A DNA stretch of 64,000 nt from Octopus sinensis. Its lineage: Eukaryota. Shown piece after piece: positions 39,090 to 50,986 of this stretch. The notes below the pieces were generated by a model. The model was not told where the DNA came from and made no database searches. It worked only from the letters and a program-made list of their open reading frames with translations. Every line of letters begins with the position of its first letter. Position 1 is the first letter of the stretch. The DNA is taken from positions 35,650,001-35,714,000 of the forward strand of contig NC_043013.1 in the NCBI RefSeq assembly GCF_006345805.1, written 5' to 3'. The position numbers and the translations under genes are program-made.

Positions 39090-39480
39090 TATGTATATAT
39101 ACATATATATGCATATATATGTATATATATATATATATATATCTGTGTGTATATATATATATACATATATGTGTATAAATATATATCTATATATCTATAT
39201 GTATGTATGTATGTGTGTATATGTCTATGCATGTATATTCACACCCATCACAAAGATGTACACACACATGTATAAATATAAATATACACATGCACATATA
39301 TATATATGCATGCGTATATATATATGCATATATATAGTATATACATATGTGTGTATGTGTTGATGTGTATACATAACTCTCTCTTAATATATATATGTAT
39401 ATACTTATATATACACACATATATACAATATATATATATGCATATACATATATGTGTATAAACACACACTCACACACACT
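38640..39480. repeat. About 800-bp compound (TA)n/(TG)n/(CA)n microsatellite
   Basis: Direct inspection; representative of dozens of such tracts in the window. Confidence 0.95.
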
Positions 39481-40696
39481 CACAGACTCACACCTACTCA
39501 TACACTTATATATATAATAAATGAATAAACTCAGTCATTGAGACTATATAATTGCATAGTTCAAACAGAAATCTCTTAACTTTTAATAACCAGTACTGAG
39601 CCCTGAATAAACTGAATAAAATTTATTACCGATACCAAATGCTTTCAAAATTACAAATCTGATGGGGGGAAAAAAATAAATATGATAATAATATCATGAA
39701 ACAGAATAATTTATGCATTAACAACACAGATAACTTTAGACTTATTACATAATATAAAAGCAGTAACCTAGAAAATAGATTTTTTTTTTAATATAAAAGA
39801 TTGGAAATGTCAAATCAAGACTTTTTTTTGGCTTTAAAAAGTTCTTTTTTTTATTTTATTATTTTACGATTTGGATTTTTTTTAGATGAGAAACGTGAGA
39901 ATGTTTTCACAAATCAAAATTGTGTAGAAAAAAATTTTAAAAAGAAAAATTGTATATTCTTTTTTTAAAGCATAAACTGAAATTTTAACTCAAATTGGAA
40001 TTCAATAAGAAATTAAAATTCAAATTGAAGTTTTTAAAACTAAAAAAACAGACATTTTGTTTTTGTTGTTGTTACTGCTGCTGCTGCTGTTGTTGTCGTT
40101 GTTGTTGTTCTTTTAAATAGTTTATTAGTTTGAAATTGATGTGATATTTTCATTAACTACTTGAAATCAGAAGCAAGCTGGAAAAAGCAATGAAATGAGT
40201 TAGCTAGACAGTTAAGTCTTCTTGAACAGAACATTATCAATGCAAATTGGAATCAAGTACTAAAAGAACGTTATCAAGTGTTATATACTACTAAACAGTC
40301 CTATGTTTGAAACACCTTTCAAATATGCAGATATAACACCTCATGAAAAAGTACGAATTTACAGGCTTTGTTTATTAGCTGTAAAAACTGTAAAACTAAA
40401 GCAATATATTTATTCTAGTTCTCTAATATTTGTGTCAATCCACCAGCCTGAAACTATATTACTGAGAATATTTACCCAGATACAGCTGTGTAGTTACGAA
40501 TTTTGCTTTGCATCTACAAGGTTTCAGGTTCATTCTCACTTCTGAGCACTTTGAGCAACTTTTTTTTTATTATAGTCCTGGGCCAGCCAATTCCTTGTGG
40601 GTGAATTTTGTGGGCAAAAATTATGTAGAAACACATCATACATATGTATGTGTGCGTGTGTGCGTGTGTGTGTGTGTCGGTGTATGTGTGTGTGTG

Positions 40697-41070
40697 TGGA
40701 GGCTCAATGGCCCAGTGGTTAGAGCATTGGACTTATAGTTGTAGGATCGTGGTTTCAATCCCCAGACCGAGCATTGTGAGTGTTTGTTGGGCAAAAACAT
40801 CTAAAGCTCCACGAGGCTCCAGCAGGGGATGGTGGCGAACCTTGCTGTAGTCTTTCATCACAATTTTCTCTCGCTCTTTCTTCTTGTTTCTATTGGACCT
40901 CTATTTCAAAGAGCCAGCCTTGTCACACTCTGTGTCACGTTGAATCTCCCCTAGAACTACACTAAAGGTACACATGCCTGTTGGATGCTTAACCACTTGC
41001 ATGATAATTTCACAAGCAGGCTGTTCCATTGTCGGATCAACTAGAACCCTTGTCATCGTAACCAACAGGG
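40697..41070 (+). mobile_element. tRNA-headed SINE family D
   Basis: Homologous to 17735-18098. Confidence 0.85.
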
Positions 41071-41077
41071 TTCCACG

Positions 41078-41131
<54 letters not shown>

Positions 41132-41147
41132 AATATAATAATGATAA

Positions 41148-41184
<37 letters not shown>

Positions 41185-42079
41185 TAATAATAATAATAAT
41201 AATAGGGAATATAATTCCAAACTTACAGGGGAAAATTCAATTTAGCAATTTTAAATCTAGTTTCACAATATATAATATATAATATACTGCCAGTTTATAA
41301 ATTATATATATATATATATCTGTGTGTGCCTGTGTTTGTTTATATGTGTGTATGTGTGTATGTGTGCATGTGTCTGTGTACATAATCAAGACATCATACA
41401 GAAAAATGGAGAATTTATACGTCTTCAAAGTTTATTCATTCCAATATTATTTTTATTAAATCCCAATCCAACACATATTTCTTCTAAATTAGCGTCCTAA
41501 CGTCCTTTGATGTAGCAGTTATTTCTTGCACTTAGCTGACTCACTTGTAGCACATTTTCATTCAATGTAGACATTCCTTTGCAGCCTTGTTCAAGGTTTC
41601 AGCCATGTGCATGGGCACAGCAAACTCACTTGCGATTCTACCAGTTTAATATTGGATCCAAATTTTGGTTCAAATTTTGGGGAGTGGCTAAGTCAATTGC
41701 ATTGACCCCTGTCTTCAACTAATACTTACTTTATCGACCCCCGAAAGTATGAAAAGCAAATTCGACCCTAAACAGAGGAAATGTCACTGAGCATTTTGCT
41801 CACTACCTTATCATAATCTAATATTAAAGGTTAAACTCCAGTGTTTGACCCGAGCAAAAAGAAATAAATAATGCAACAGGTGTAAAACAATATGCATGCT
41901 GGCAAACAGGGGGCGGAGGTGAGTACTCAGAGAATTCCCATTGGGAATGTTCCAAGTCCTCTCACCTCCCTGCACCCCGTTCACCAGTGCACATTTCCCT
42001 TATTCATTTACTACATATTGTTTTACACCTGTTACACTATTTTTTTTTACATTTTTGTGACTAGGTGTCTCATTGGAAT

Positions 42080-43000
42080 TTCAACATCAACAACAAGGTA
42101 TTTTCATTTGCATGTATGTATGCAGATTTGTATGTTTCATGTATGCATTCTCATGCATATAGTTGCATATCTAGACATGCTCATGTATATATCTAAATGA
42201 TAAACTTCTGGAAAGTTTTACAGATTTTTACAGTTCAAGTGAGGGATTCGATCTGTAGTCTTTGAATTAGCTTTCTCTTTTCTGGTCCTGAGAAGCCCAG
42301 TTTCTCAAGATTGGTATTTAGGCAGTGTGTTACATATCCCATGACCCTAATAATTACAGGTATAAACCTGAACTTGTGATCTGGATAGATTAACTGCAGA
42401 TTTCTCAATAGTTCAGCATAGGTGTTCTCTTTTTCACTGATCTTCATTATGTTAACATCCGCTGTATGTATGTATGTATGTATGTATGTATGTATGTATG
42501 TATGTATGTATTCTCATGCATATACTTGCATATCTAGACATGCTCATGTATATAACTAAATGATAAACGTCTGGAAAGTTTTACAGATTTTTACAGTTCC
42601 AGTGAGGGATTCGATCTGTAGTCTTCGAATTAGCTTTCTCCTTTCTGGTCCTGAGAAGCCCAATTTCTCAAGATTGGTATTTAGGCAGTGTGTTACATAT
42701 CCTAGGGTTCCAATAATTACAGGTATAAACCAGAACTTGTAATCTGGATAGAGTAGTTGTAGATTCCTTTATAGATCAGTGTAGGTATTTTCTTTATCGC
42801 CGATCTTTAGCTTTATCTTAACATCTACTGGCCAGCTAATTTCCACAACTGCACACAATTTCCCTTCTCTATCCCAAATCATCATATCAGGTCTGTTGTG
42901 CTTATATTTTATTGAGGTTTTCACCGAAACATTCTACTAGTACTCTTTTTTATTATGAGTGGTTATGGCTTCTACCATACTGAGGGTTCTTACTTCTTTG
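42080..43000 (-). pseudogene. Two tandem 3' fragments of an R4-clade LINE with a restriction-like endonuclease (REL)
   Basis: HNRPDMMIWD...VVEISWPVD...KENTY...IPVIIGTLG...LQIESLTGTVKICKTF; second shorter copy at 42193-42455; separated by (ATGT)n. Confidence 0.85.
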
Positions 43001-43109
43001 GCCATATGTATGTATGTATATATGCATGTATGGACGGATGAATGTATGGATGGATGGATGGATGGATGGATGGATGGATGGATGGATGGATGGATGGATG
43101 GATGGATGG

Positions 43110-43330
43110 ATCACTTCTGTTTATAATTATCTAAATTCTTTCTTTCAGGAAGATGCTGGTTTCTAACAAAGATACAAAGCTTCATCGTTGGAATGTAGAA
43201 AACAAAACAACAACATATTTTAAACTTGAGAAAAGTTTTGCATATTTTTACTGTTCCACTTAATGACTGTATTTGTAATGTGTCAGTTAGTCGATTGATT
43301 TCTTTCTCTGAAAATCTGTTGTCTGTGTTT
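43110..43330 (-). pseudogene. Third R4-clade REL C-terminal fragment
   Basis: EINRLTDTLQIQSLSGTVKICKTFLKF. Confidence 0.7.
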
Positions 43331-43559
43331 GTCCCCACTACAGCACTTCACAGCTGGTGTTGGTTTGATTACATCCTAATAACATTAGCAGTTCACCAAA
43401 GTGACTGATAAAATGAATTGCCACATTTAAAAGCAAACATAAGTATTGCAATTGATTTGTTTCACCAAAACCCTTCAGGGCAGGGCAAACGAAGGCCAAT
43501 GACTGAAACAAGTAAAAGGTGAGCAATTTTTACTGGAATTGGTAAGAATAGGAGGAGAT

Positions 43560-43980
43560 AACTTTTATTTTTTATCTTTTACTTTCATTAGTAATTAGAC
43601 TGTGGCCATGCTGGGGCACCACCATCAAGCATTTTAGTTGCATGAATCAACCCAAGTATTTATTTTATTCAAACGTGATTCTTATTCTATTGGTCTCTTT
43701 TTCTGAACCGCTAAGTTACTGTGAGGTAAACACCCAATCTGGATGACAAGCAGTGACGGGTGACAAACACAGGCACAAAGTCACACACACATACACACAC
43801 ACGCACAAATATATATGATGAGCTTCTTTCAGTTTCCATTTACCAAATCCACCCACAAAGCTTTGGTTGGTTTGAAGCTAGACCAGAAGTCACTTGCCCA
43901 AGATACCATGCAGTGAAACTGAACCCGGAACCGCATGGTTGGGTTGCAAACTTCTTACCACAAAGCCACGTCTGTACCTA
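43560..43980 (-). mobile_element. SINE family A, degenerate
   Basis: Reverse complement of family A. Confidence 0.75.
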
Positions 43981-44084
43981 TAGCTGATAACTGACTTACA
44001 AAGGGTCTGTGGAGAGCTTAGTCTATAGAGTAAATCCTTAGTGTGGTTTCTCATGGAAAACCTGGGCCACAAGGATTATTTCAT

Positions 44085-44330
44085 CATCATCATCATCGTC
44101 GTTTAGCGTCCGTTTTCCATGCTAGCATGGGTTGGACGGTTCTACTGGGGTCTGTGAAGCCAGAAGGCTTCATCAGGCCCAGTCAAATCTGGCAGTGTTT
44201 CTACGGCTGGATGCCCTTCCTAACGCCAACCACTCTGTGAGTGTAGTGGGTGCTTTTTACGTGCCACCCGCACAGGTGCCAGACAGAGCTGGCAAACGGC
44301 CACGAACGGATGGTGCTTTTTATGTGCCGT
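44085..44330 (-). mobile_element. RTE LINE 3'-UTR fragment
   Basis: TTTAGCGTCCGTTTTCCATGCTAGCATGGG matches the LINE terminus. Confidence 0.85.
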
Positions 44331-44372
44331 CAAAGAGAATTTATGAAGGACAAGCACATTAATAGATGTTAA

Positions 44373-44597
44373 CCATTCTAACTTCATATTTCCATTGAAT
44401 TACATCGGTGTCGATTTTTTCAATTAACTTTGAAAATAACCAGAATTTTGTAAAATAATTTTGTCATGGTTAACCTGGTGTTTAGATCATAATTAGTATA
44501 AAATCTTGGTAGAATTTTAAAAATTCTTATCACTTTAAAATATGAAGTTTATGTTATGGAACTGCAAGTGGTCTCGGGTGGAGTGATATCAAAAGGG
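44373..44597. mobile_element. piggyBac-like MITE, degenerate
   Basis: TTAA|CCATT...ATCAAAAGGG|TCAA; similar to 35144-35369. Confidence 0.55.
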
Positions 44598-45173
44598 TCA
44601 ATGGGTTATCTGAGACACCGCATCTGTGTTGTCCCTTGAAAAATGTGGGATGCAACAGCAAGATAAACCTCTCTCTCACACACACATATATATAATCTAA
44701 GACTCAACAGATAATTTGATCACAAATAAAAATAAGGGATAAAAACTGTAATAATATTCATATAGGAATTGTGACAAACCAGCCATATTGTTATATTGCT
44801 AACTGATTATCTCATACACAATAGTCATATATACAAGTTATGTGTGTGAGTGTGTGTATATATATATATCTACATATATATGATATATATAATATATATT
44901 CATATACATATATACTTGTGTGTATTTATATATATATGTGTGTGTGTGTGTCTATATAAACATAGGTATATATATGAGTGTGTATGTATATGTACATATA
45001 TATGTAGACATATATATATATACATGTACATACATATATATACATACATGCATACATACACAAATACATATATGTATATACATATATATACACATACACA
45101 CACACACATATATATATATATGTAGCCAACTGACTCATAAGTAGTTCACTTCATATATACATACATATATGTG

Positions 45174-45225
<52 letters not shown>

Positions 45226-45270
45226 CACACATATACATATATATACATATATATATGCATGTATATATAC

Positions 45271-45303
<33 letters not shown>

Positions 45304-45350
45304 ACTATATATATATATATATATATAATATATATATATATATAATATAT

Positions 45351-45406
<56 letters not shown>

Positions 45407-45658
45407 CACCTTCAAAAGTGACTGGTTTCAATGCCATTATTGGCAGCTCTACTGTATCTCTGGCAAAAACACAAAACTCTTAATGACCCATTACATATCA
45501 AAATGTCTGAGATAAATTATCCTGATAATAATTTAAAATTTTTGAACTATTAACTTCTTCTTTTTACATTTTTCTGTTTAACATTGTTTTGAAATGCCAA
45601 ATTTCCAATCATCTTTATGTGTTTTAATATTATACACACTCATATACACATGATATAT

Positions 45659-45706
<48 letters not shown>

Positions 45707-45954
45707 TTTTACACTTATTTATTCTCTTCCTGTTTCAGTCATTAGAATATGGCCATGCTGGAGCAGCGATTTCAAGGGGCTGAGTAATCATACTGTTCTG
45801 TGTACTTATTTCAACTTAATATTTAGCTTATTGATTTCTATCTGTTGAACTTCATCTACACAGGACATGCAGGAGCACTGGCATAGACTATACTGGTTTT
45901 TAGGATTTAAACACAAATGCAAATTCAGAGAGAAACTGGCAGATACATAGACAT

Positions 45955-46353
45955 AGGTGCAGGAGTGGTTGTGTGGTAAGTAGCTTGCTAACCAACCACA
46001 TGGTTCCGGGTTCAGTCCCACTGCGTGGCATCTTGGGCAAGTGTCTTCTACTATAGCCCCGGGCCGACCAATGCCTTGTGAGTGGATTTGGTAGACGGAA
46101 ACTGAAAGAAGCTTGTCGTATATATGTATATATATATGTGTGTGTGTGTGTGTTTGTGTGTCCCCCTAGCATTGCTTGACAACCGATGCTGGTGTGTTTA
46201 CGTCCCCGTCACTTAGCGGTTCGGCAAAAGAGACCGATAGAATAAGTACTGGGCTTACAAAGAATAAGTCCCGGGGTCGAGTTGCTCGACTAAAGGCGGT
46301 GCTCCAGCATGGCCGCAGTCAAATGACTGAAACAAGTAAATGAGTAAATGAGT
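45955..46353 (+). mobile_element. SINE family A, full-length, CpG-rich
   Basis: Complete head, body and tail with retained CpGs. Confidence 0.9.
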
Positions 46354-46517
46354 ATACACAAACACACCCACACACACATAAAAAGTCATAGAATTATGGA
46401 AGGATTTTCTTTTAGTAGGAAATACCATTGAATGTCACGGTAATTTTGCTCATGCTTTCCTGCAAAGATACTGAATGTAAATATTCACATAGATACACTG
46501 ATATACATATATACACA

Positions 46518-46838
46518 CAGTGGTGGACTGGGTCTAAAAATATTGGTTGCCAGGAGACTAAGGGGGGGGGGCTCACCCGCAACTACAAGGGGGCCTATCT
46601 GCAACTATAATGCTTTCATTTATTTTTTTTTTTATTTTTGTTAAAAGCATTATTTTCAACTGTCTACAAACACAGACTGAATGAAATAATGCATTCTTCC
46701 AGGTGTGAATAAAGAAATTCTCAAACATGAGGGGATGGGCCCCCTTAGATACTAACATGGGTCCCCATATATGGATTCTAATGGCACAGGGGCCCACTTG
46801 CCATTGAGCAAGCTGGTAACCTGGCCAGTCCACCGCTG
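46518..46838. mobile_element. hAT-type MITE
   Basis: 14-bp TIR CAGTGGTGGACTGG / CCAGTCCACCGCTG; 8-bp TSD TATACACA/CATACACA. Confidence 0.8.
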
Positions 46839-46876
46839 CATACACATACGCATACACAGGCATGCATGTATACACA

Positions 46877-47103
46877 GTGGAGGTGCATGGCTTAGTGGAT
46901 AAGGTGCTGGACTCATGATCATAAGTTTGTGGTTTCAATTCCTTGATCAAGTGATGCATTGTGTATTTGAGCAAACCCTTTCTTTTCACATTGCTCCAGT
47001 CCACTCAGCTAGCAAGAATGGGTAATCCTTTGATGGACTGGTGTCCCATCCAGGTGTGGAATTTATACACTTTGAAACCAGGAAACTGGCCTTATGAGTC
47101 AGT
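46877..47103 (+). mobile_element. tRNA-headed SINE family E
   Basis: Homologous to 25905-26160. Confidence 0.8.
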
Positions 47104-47889
47104 ATGAATGAAGAAAATAACTTCACTTTTTTTTAACATATATACACACTCACTCATATACACATACACATACACATGTTTAGCTTCAATGCATTTTGTT
47201 TTTGCACTATCATTTCTACCCAGAAGACATTGGTCTGTGAAGTCTACGGCAGACAACACTCACCCAAGTGTTCAGCCACCTGCCACCTTTCTACTGAAAC
47301 ACTGCCTCACACATACTTGCTAACATCATGTTATGATAAACATAATAAGCGAAATTCTACAAAGATTAAGCAAAATAAATCAGGGAAATTTTTTGCTGTT
47401 TTCATTTGTTTATAAAAATATAGTTCTCTGAGGCTTTCAAACAGACTTAGATTTCTTAGAAATCTGATTGCAGTAGGCGTGGGTGGATGGGTGGAAAAAG
47501 TGGACAAAGAAAAGAGAAGTTGTGACTCAAGGTAGATGATGAAAGTCTTGGAGGAGGATGCAAAAAAAAAAAAAGGTGTGGAAACATTGTTATTATGGAT
47601 GCGTGTGTGTGTGTGTGTGCATGCATGTATGTGTATGTATGTATGCTTGTATATGTGTGTATATATATTCTTTTACTTGTTTTAATCATTTGACTATGGC
47701 CATGCTGGAGCATCACCTAAAATTAAATAGCTGCTTCTCAAGCAGAGAAACGAGAGTGTATGTGTGTATGCAGACTCTCACTCTTTCTCAGTATATGTAT
47801 ATCTCTTACACATACTACTCCCACTCTCTCTCTCTCTCTTATGTATGCAAGTCAGTCATGTGAATATCTATGTACTTCTCTCTATCTGG

Positions 47890-47947
<58 letters not shown>

Positions 47948-48141
47948 CTCCCTCTGTCTTTTAGTTTTATCATTATAAACTTCCCCTCCTCTATGTATAT
48001 ATATATTATCAATAATAAGAAAGAGTAAAATTAACTAATCAATTAATAATTAATAATTTTACCAAGTAGTTTGGTATGTTAATGAACCATTATCGATAAA
48101 CTTATACAAAAATCTTATAACTATAAGCATAATTATAATTA

Positions 48142-48455
48142 GGGTTCAGCAATGGCCCAGTGGTTAGGGCAGTGAACTCGTGGTCGGAGGATCGCAGTTT
48201 CAATTCCCAGACTGGGCGTTGTGTGTGTTTATTGAGCGAAACCACCTAAAAGCTCCACGAGGCTCTGGCAGGGGGTGGTGGCGACCCTTGTTGTACTCTT
48301 TTGCCACATCTTTCTCTCACTCTCTCTTCCTGTTTCTTGAGTAATGCTGCAATGGACTGGCATCCCATCCAGCTGGGGGGAACACATATGCCAAAGAAAC
48401 CGGGAAACCGGGCCCATGAGCCTGGCTAGGCTTGAAAAGGGTGAACAAAAAAAAA
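48142..48455 (+). mobile_element. Chimeric SINE (family D 5' part, family E 3' part)
   Basis: D-like to ...TTCCTGTTTCT (about 48337), then E-like TGAGTAATGCTGCAATGGACTGG...GGCCCATGAGCCTGGCTAGGC. Confidence 0.75.
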
Positions 48456-48566
48456 ATTGCTTCACCACATACAGAAATTTAGAAATAGCAGTTAAATACT
48501 ATTCCACTACCATATCTCCCAGACAGCAATACTCCCGACTTATAATTATGCTTATAATTACAAAAT

Positions 48567-48602
<36 letters not shown>

Positions 48603-48719
48603 ATATATATATATATATATATTTGCTACACTCTCTCACCCTTTCTCTGTATATGCATATCTCTCATGCTAGAGGTGTGTGTGTGTGCATGTCAATGTCC
48701 GTGTATGCATGTGTGTAAG

Positions 48720-49277
48720 AAATTTTCATTAGGGTGACAGAGTTGTAAAACCTTCACAAATTATCAGCAGCAAGCGCAGATGACACCAAAACAGTGAAAG
48801 AACAGACTTGACTTGATGACATGCAAACACAGCCTGCCTTACATGATCTCAGGAAACACCTAAGCATAGGATGCATTGATTACTTGATAAGCACGCAACC
48901 TCCGTCACATTGACTCTGGAGATGAAGTCCTGTTTCAATTCAAACAACTTCAATTTCCTGTGAGTCTTAGTTTTGTCATGACCATCAACAAACCACTAGG
49001 GCAAACACATTTAGTTGCCAATTTACACCTTGAAGATCCCAGCTTTACCTATGGTCAGTTTTATGTCAGGTACTCAAGAGTAGGAAGTAGGGAGCGTCTT
49101 CACATCTATGCACGAAAATGAAAAACAAAAGCCTTATAAATTGTCCTAAATATTGCAGGAATTCATCTTGATCAAGGGGCCTATCCACCAGGGACGACAT
49201 GGTCTGATATGAAATAAAACAATTGAAATATAGACATATAGTGAAAATAGCCTAGCAACACTGGACTACTCAGCTGG
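48720..49277 (+). pseudogene. Helitron 3' remnant with PIF1-like helicase C-terminus
   Basis: FKQLQFPVSLSFVMTINKPLGQT...YGQFYVRYSRVG (48939-49121) matches the helicase QFP...MTINKSQGQ...HGQLYVA.SRV motifs; decayed 3' hairpin and CTGG|T. Confidence 0.85.
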
Positions 49278-49289
49278 TATATATATGTT

Positions 49290-49540
49290 TTATCATTATC
49301 ATCATCATCATTTAGCGTCCACTTTTCATGCTAGCATGGGTTGGACGGTTCAACTGGGGTCTAGGAAGCCAGAAGGCTGCACCAGGCCCAGTCTGGTCTG
49401 GCAATGTTTCTACAGCTGGATGCCCTTCCTAATGCCAACCACTCTGTGAGTGTAGTGGGTGCTTTTTACGTGCCAACCACACAGGTGTCAGATGGGGCTG
49501 GCAAACGTCCACGGTTGGATGGTGCTTTTTACGTGCCACC

Positions 49541-49545
<5 letters not shown>
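49290..49545 (-). mobile_element. RTE LINE 3'-UTR fragment
   Basis: Same terminal sequence and (CAT)n tail. Confidence 0.85.
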
Positions 49546-49578
<33 letters not shown>

Positions 49579-49890
49579 CACATAAATTGGAATAATTACT
49601 TTGAAGCATTGTGTAGAATATATTGTATAAAGGATCGTGGGTAAGGCCAGAACAATGCAAAATAAATGCAAAGCAAATCGCAAGAAAACAAATATATGAA
49701 TTAATGTAGACTTACCTTGCATTCAGTATTTTGGGGTTTTGACACCATTTTCAAGAAATTAACGTATGTTGCTGATGTGTTTGTGTGTGAGTGTATGTAG
49801 TGAACATGCATGGAAAGGTGTTGTTACAGCAACCTTCTAGCTTCCTGTTGATATTTGGTTTCCTTTGGTGATTGAGGATGGCCTCAGAGA

Positions 49891-50136
49891 TTCTATGTTA
49901 TATACGAGATCATCTGTGACAAATGTGGTGCATCCTACATAGGAAGCACAACAAGAAAACTGCATATACACATTAAGGATCACATGCAGGCAGACACTTC
50001 CTTGAAGAAACATCTACAGAAATGCCAGCTCCAAGAATTCACAATCCACATCAGGGCAACACAGCAGAACAGGAGCAACCTTAGAATCACTGAGGTCATT
50101 CTCATACACCAAAGGAAACCGAATATCAACAACTGA
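49891..50136 (+). pseudogene. Penelope GIY-YIG endonuclease fragment (not in the ORF track)
   Basis: Open frame FYVIYEIICDKCGASYIGSTTRKLHIHIKDH...NLRITEVILIHQRKPNINN*. Confidence 0.9.
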
Positions 50137-50171
50137 AGAGAGTTACAGGAAGCTAGCTAGTTGCTATAGCT

Positions 50172-50403
50172 ATTTCTTTACTACCCACAAGGGGCTAAAC
50201 ATAGAGGGGAAAAAACAAGGACAGACAAATGGATTAAGTTGGTTATATCGACCCCAGTGCGTAACTGGTACTTAATTTATTGACCCTGAAAGGATGAAAG
50301 GTAAAGTCGACCTCGACGGAATTTGAACTCAGAACGTAATGCCAGACGAAATATGGCTACGCATTTCGCCCAGTGTGCTAACATTTCTGCCAGCTCGCCG
50401 CCT
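50172..50403 (-). mobile_element. SINE family B inserted in the Penelope arm
   Basis: Full family B copy interrupting the inverted-repeat alignment. Confidence 0.9.
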
Positions 50404-50453
50404 AAAGCAACACTTTTCCATTCATGCACATGCACATTGGCAACATTTGTTAA

Positions 50454-50491
50454 TTTCTTGAAAATGGGGTCATAACCCCGAAATATTGAAT
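50454..50491 (+). ncRNA. Minimal hammerhead, U3-A8 covariant, in the Penelope pLTR
   Basis: TTTC-TTGAAAA-T-GGGGT/CATA/ACCCC-GAAA-TA-TT-GAAT; stem III palindrome AUAU; decayed mirror copy at 49721-49759 (-). Confidence 0.7.
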
Positions 50492-50761
50492 GCAAGGTAA
50501 GTCTGTATTAATTAATATATTTATTTTCTTTTGATTTACTTTGCATTTATTTTACATTGCTCTTGCCTAACTGTCCACTCAAGGAAACACATAGCAAATG
50601 ATCTACAAGCACTCAAGCAAACTGAATCCTCACGTTGTTCCATTTGCCGAAAGGTTTGCAAGGCAAAAGAGATACATTCCTGTCTATAGAATATGATTAA
50701 TACTTTATTTTACTGAACCCTTATTTGTGGTTCATGACAAGGAAATCCATCATATATATGC

Positions 50762-50940
50762 ATAGATCGTTAGCCACTACACACATTTTTTTTGCTCTCC
50801 TTGTTTTTTCTGTGTCCCTCTCTGTAGAAGAGCATAGGCTCGAAACGTAAAAGACTTTTTCTATTCCTGAGTGTTATACTAGTACATCTGTTTGTTTTGT
50901 ACACCACCTGTCTTTGTCTTTTGTTTTTTTCATAAACTCT

Positions 50941-50943
<3 letters not shown>
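50762..50943 (+). mobile_element. Short hammerhead-like element (CTGTAGA family) with (TA)n tail
   Basis: Architecture like the CCGACGA family, including TTCCTGAG downstream of the motif. Confidence 0.6.
50818..50853 (+). ncRNA. Hammerhead-like motif, A6>U variant
   Basis: CTCT-CTGTAGA-A-GAGC/ATAG/GCTC-GAAA-CG-TA-AAAG. Confidence 0.55.

Positions 50944-50983
<40 letters not shown>

Positions 50984-50986
<3 letters not shown>

Larger units (their letters stand above)
49643..50568 (+). mobile_element. Penelope-like element 3' fragment in a foldback (inverted pLTR) arrangement
   Basis: About 49643-49896 is inverted relative to about 50081-50568, with the right arm interrupted by a SINE; GIY-YIG remnant between the arms. 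Confidence 0.85.

Noticed and set aside
40197-40310. ELARQLSLLEQ peptide reminiscent of a RasGEF motif
   Set aside because: In-frame TGA two codons upstream, no acceptor, and the similarity does not extend.
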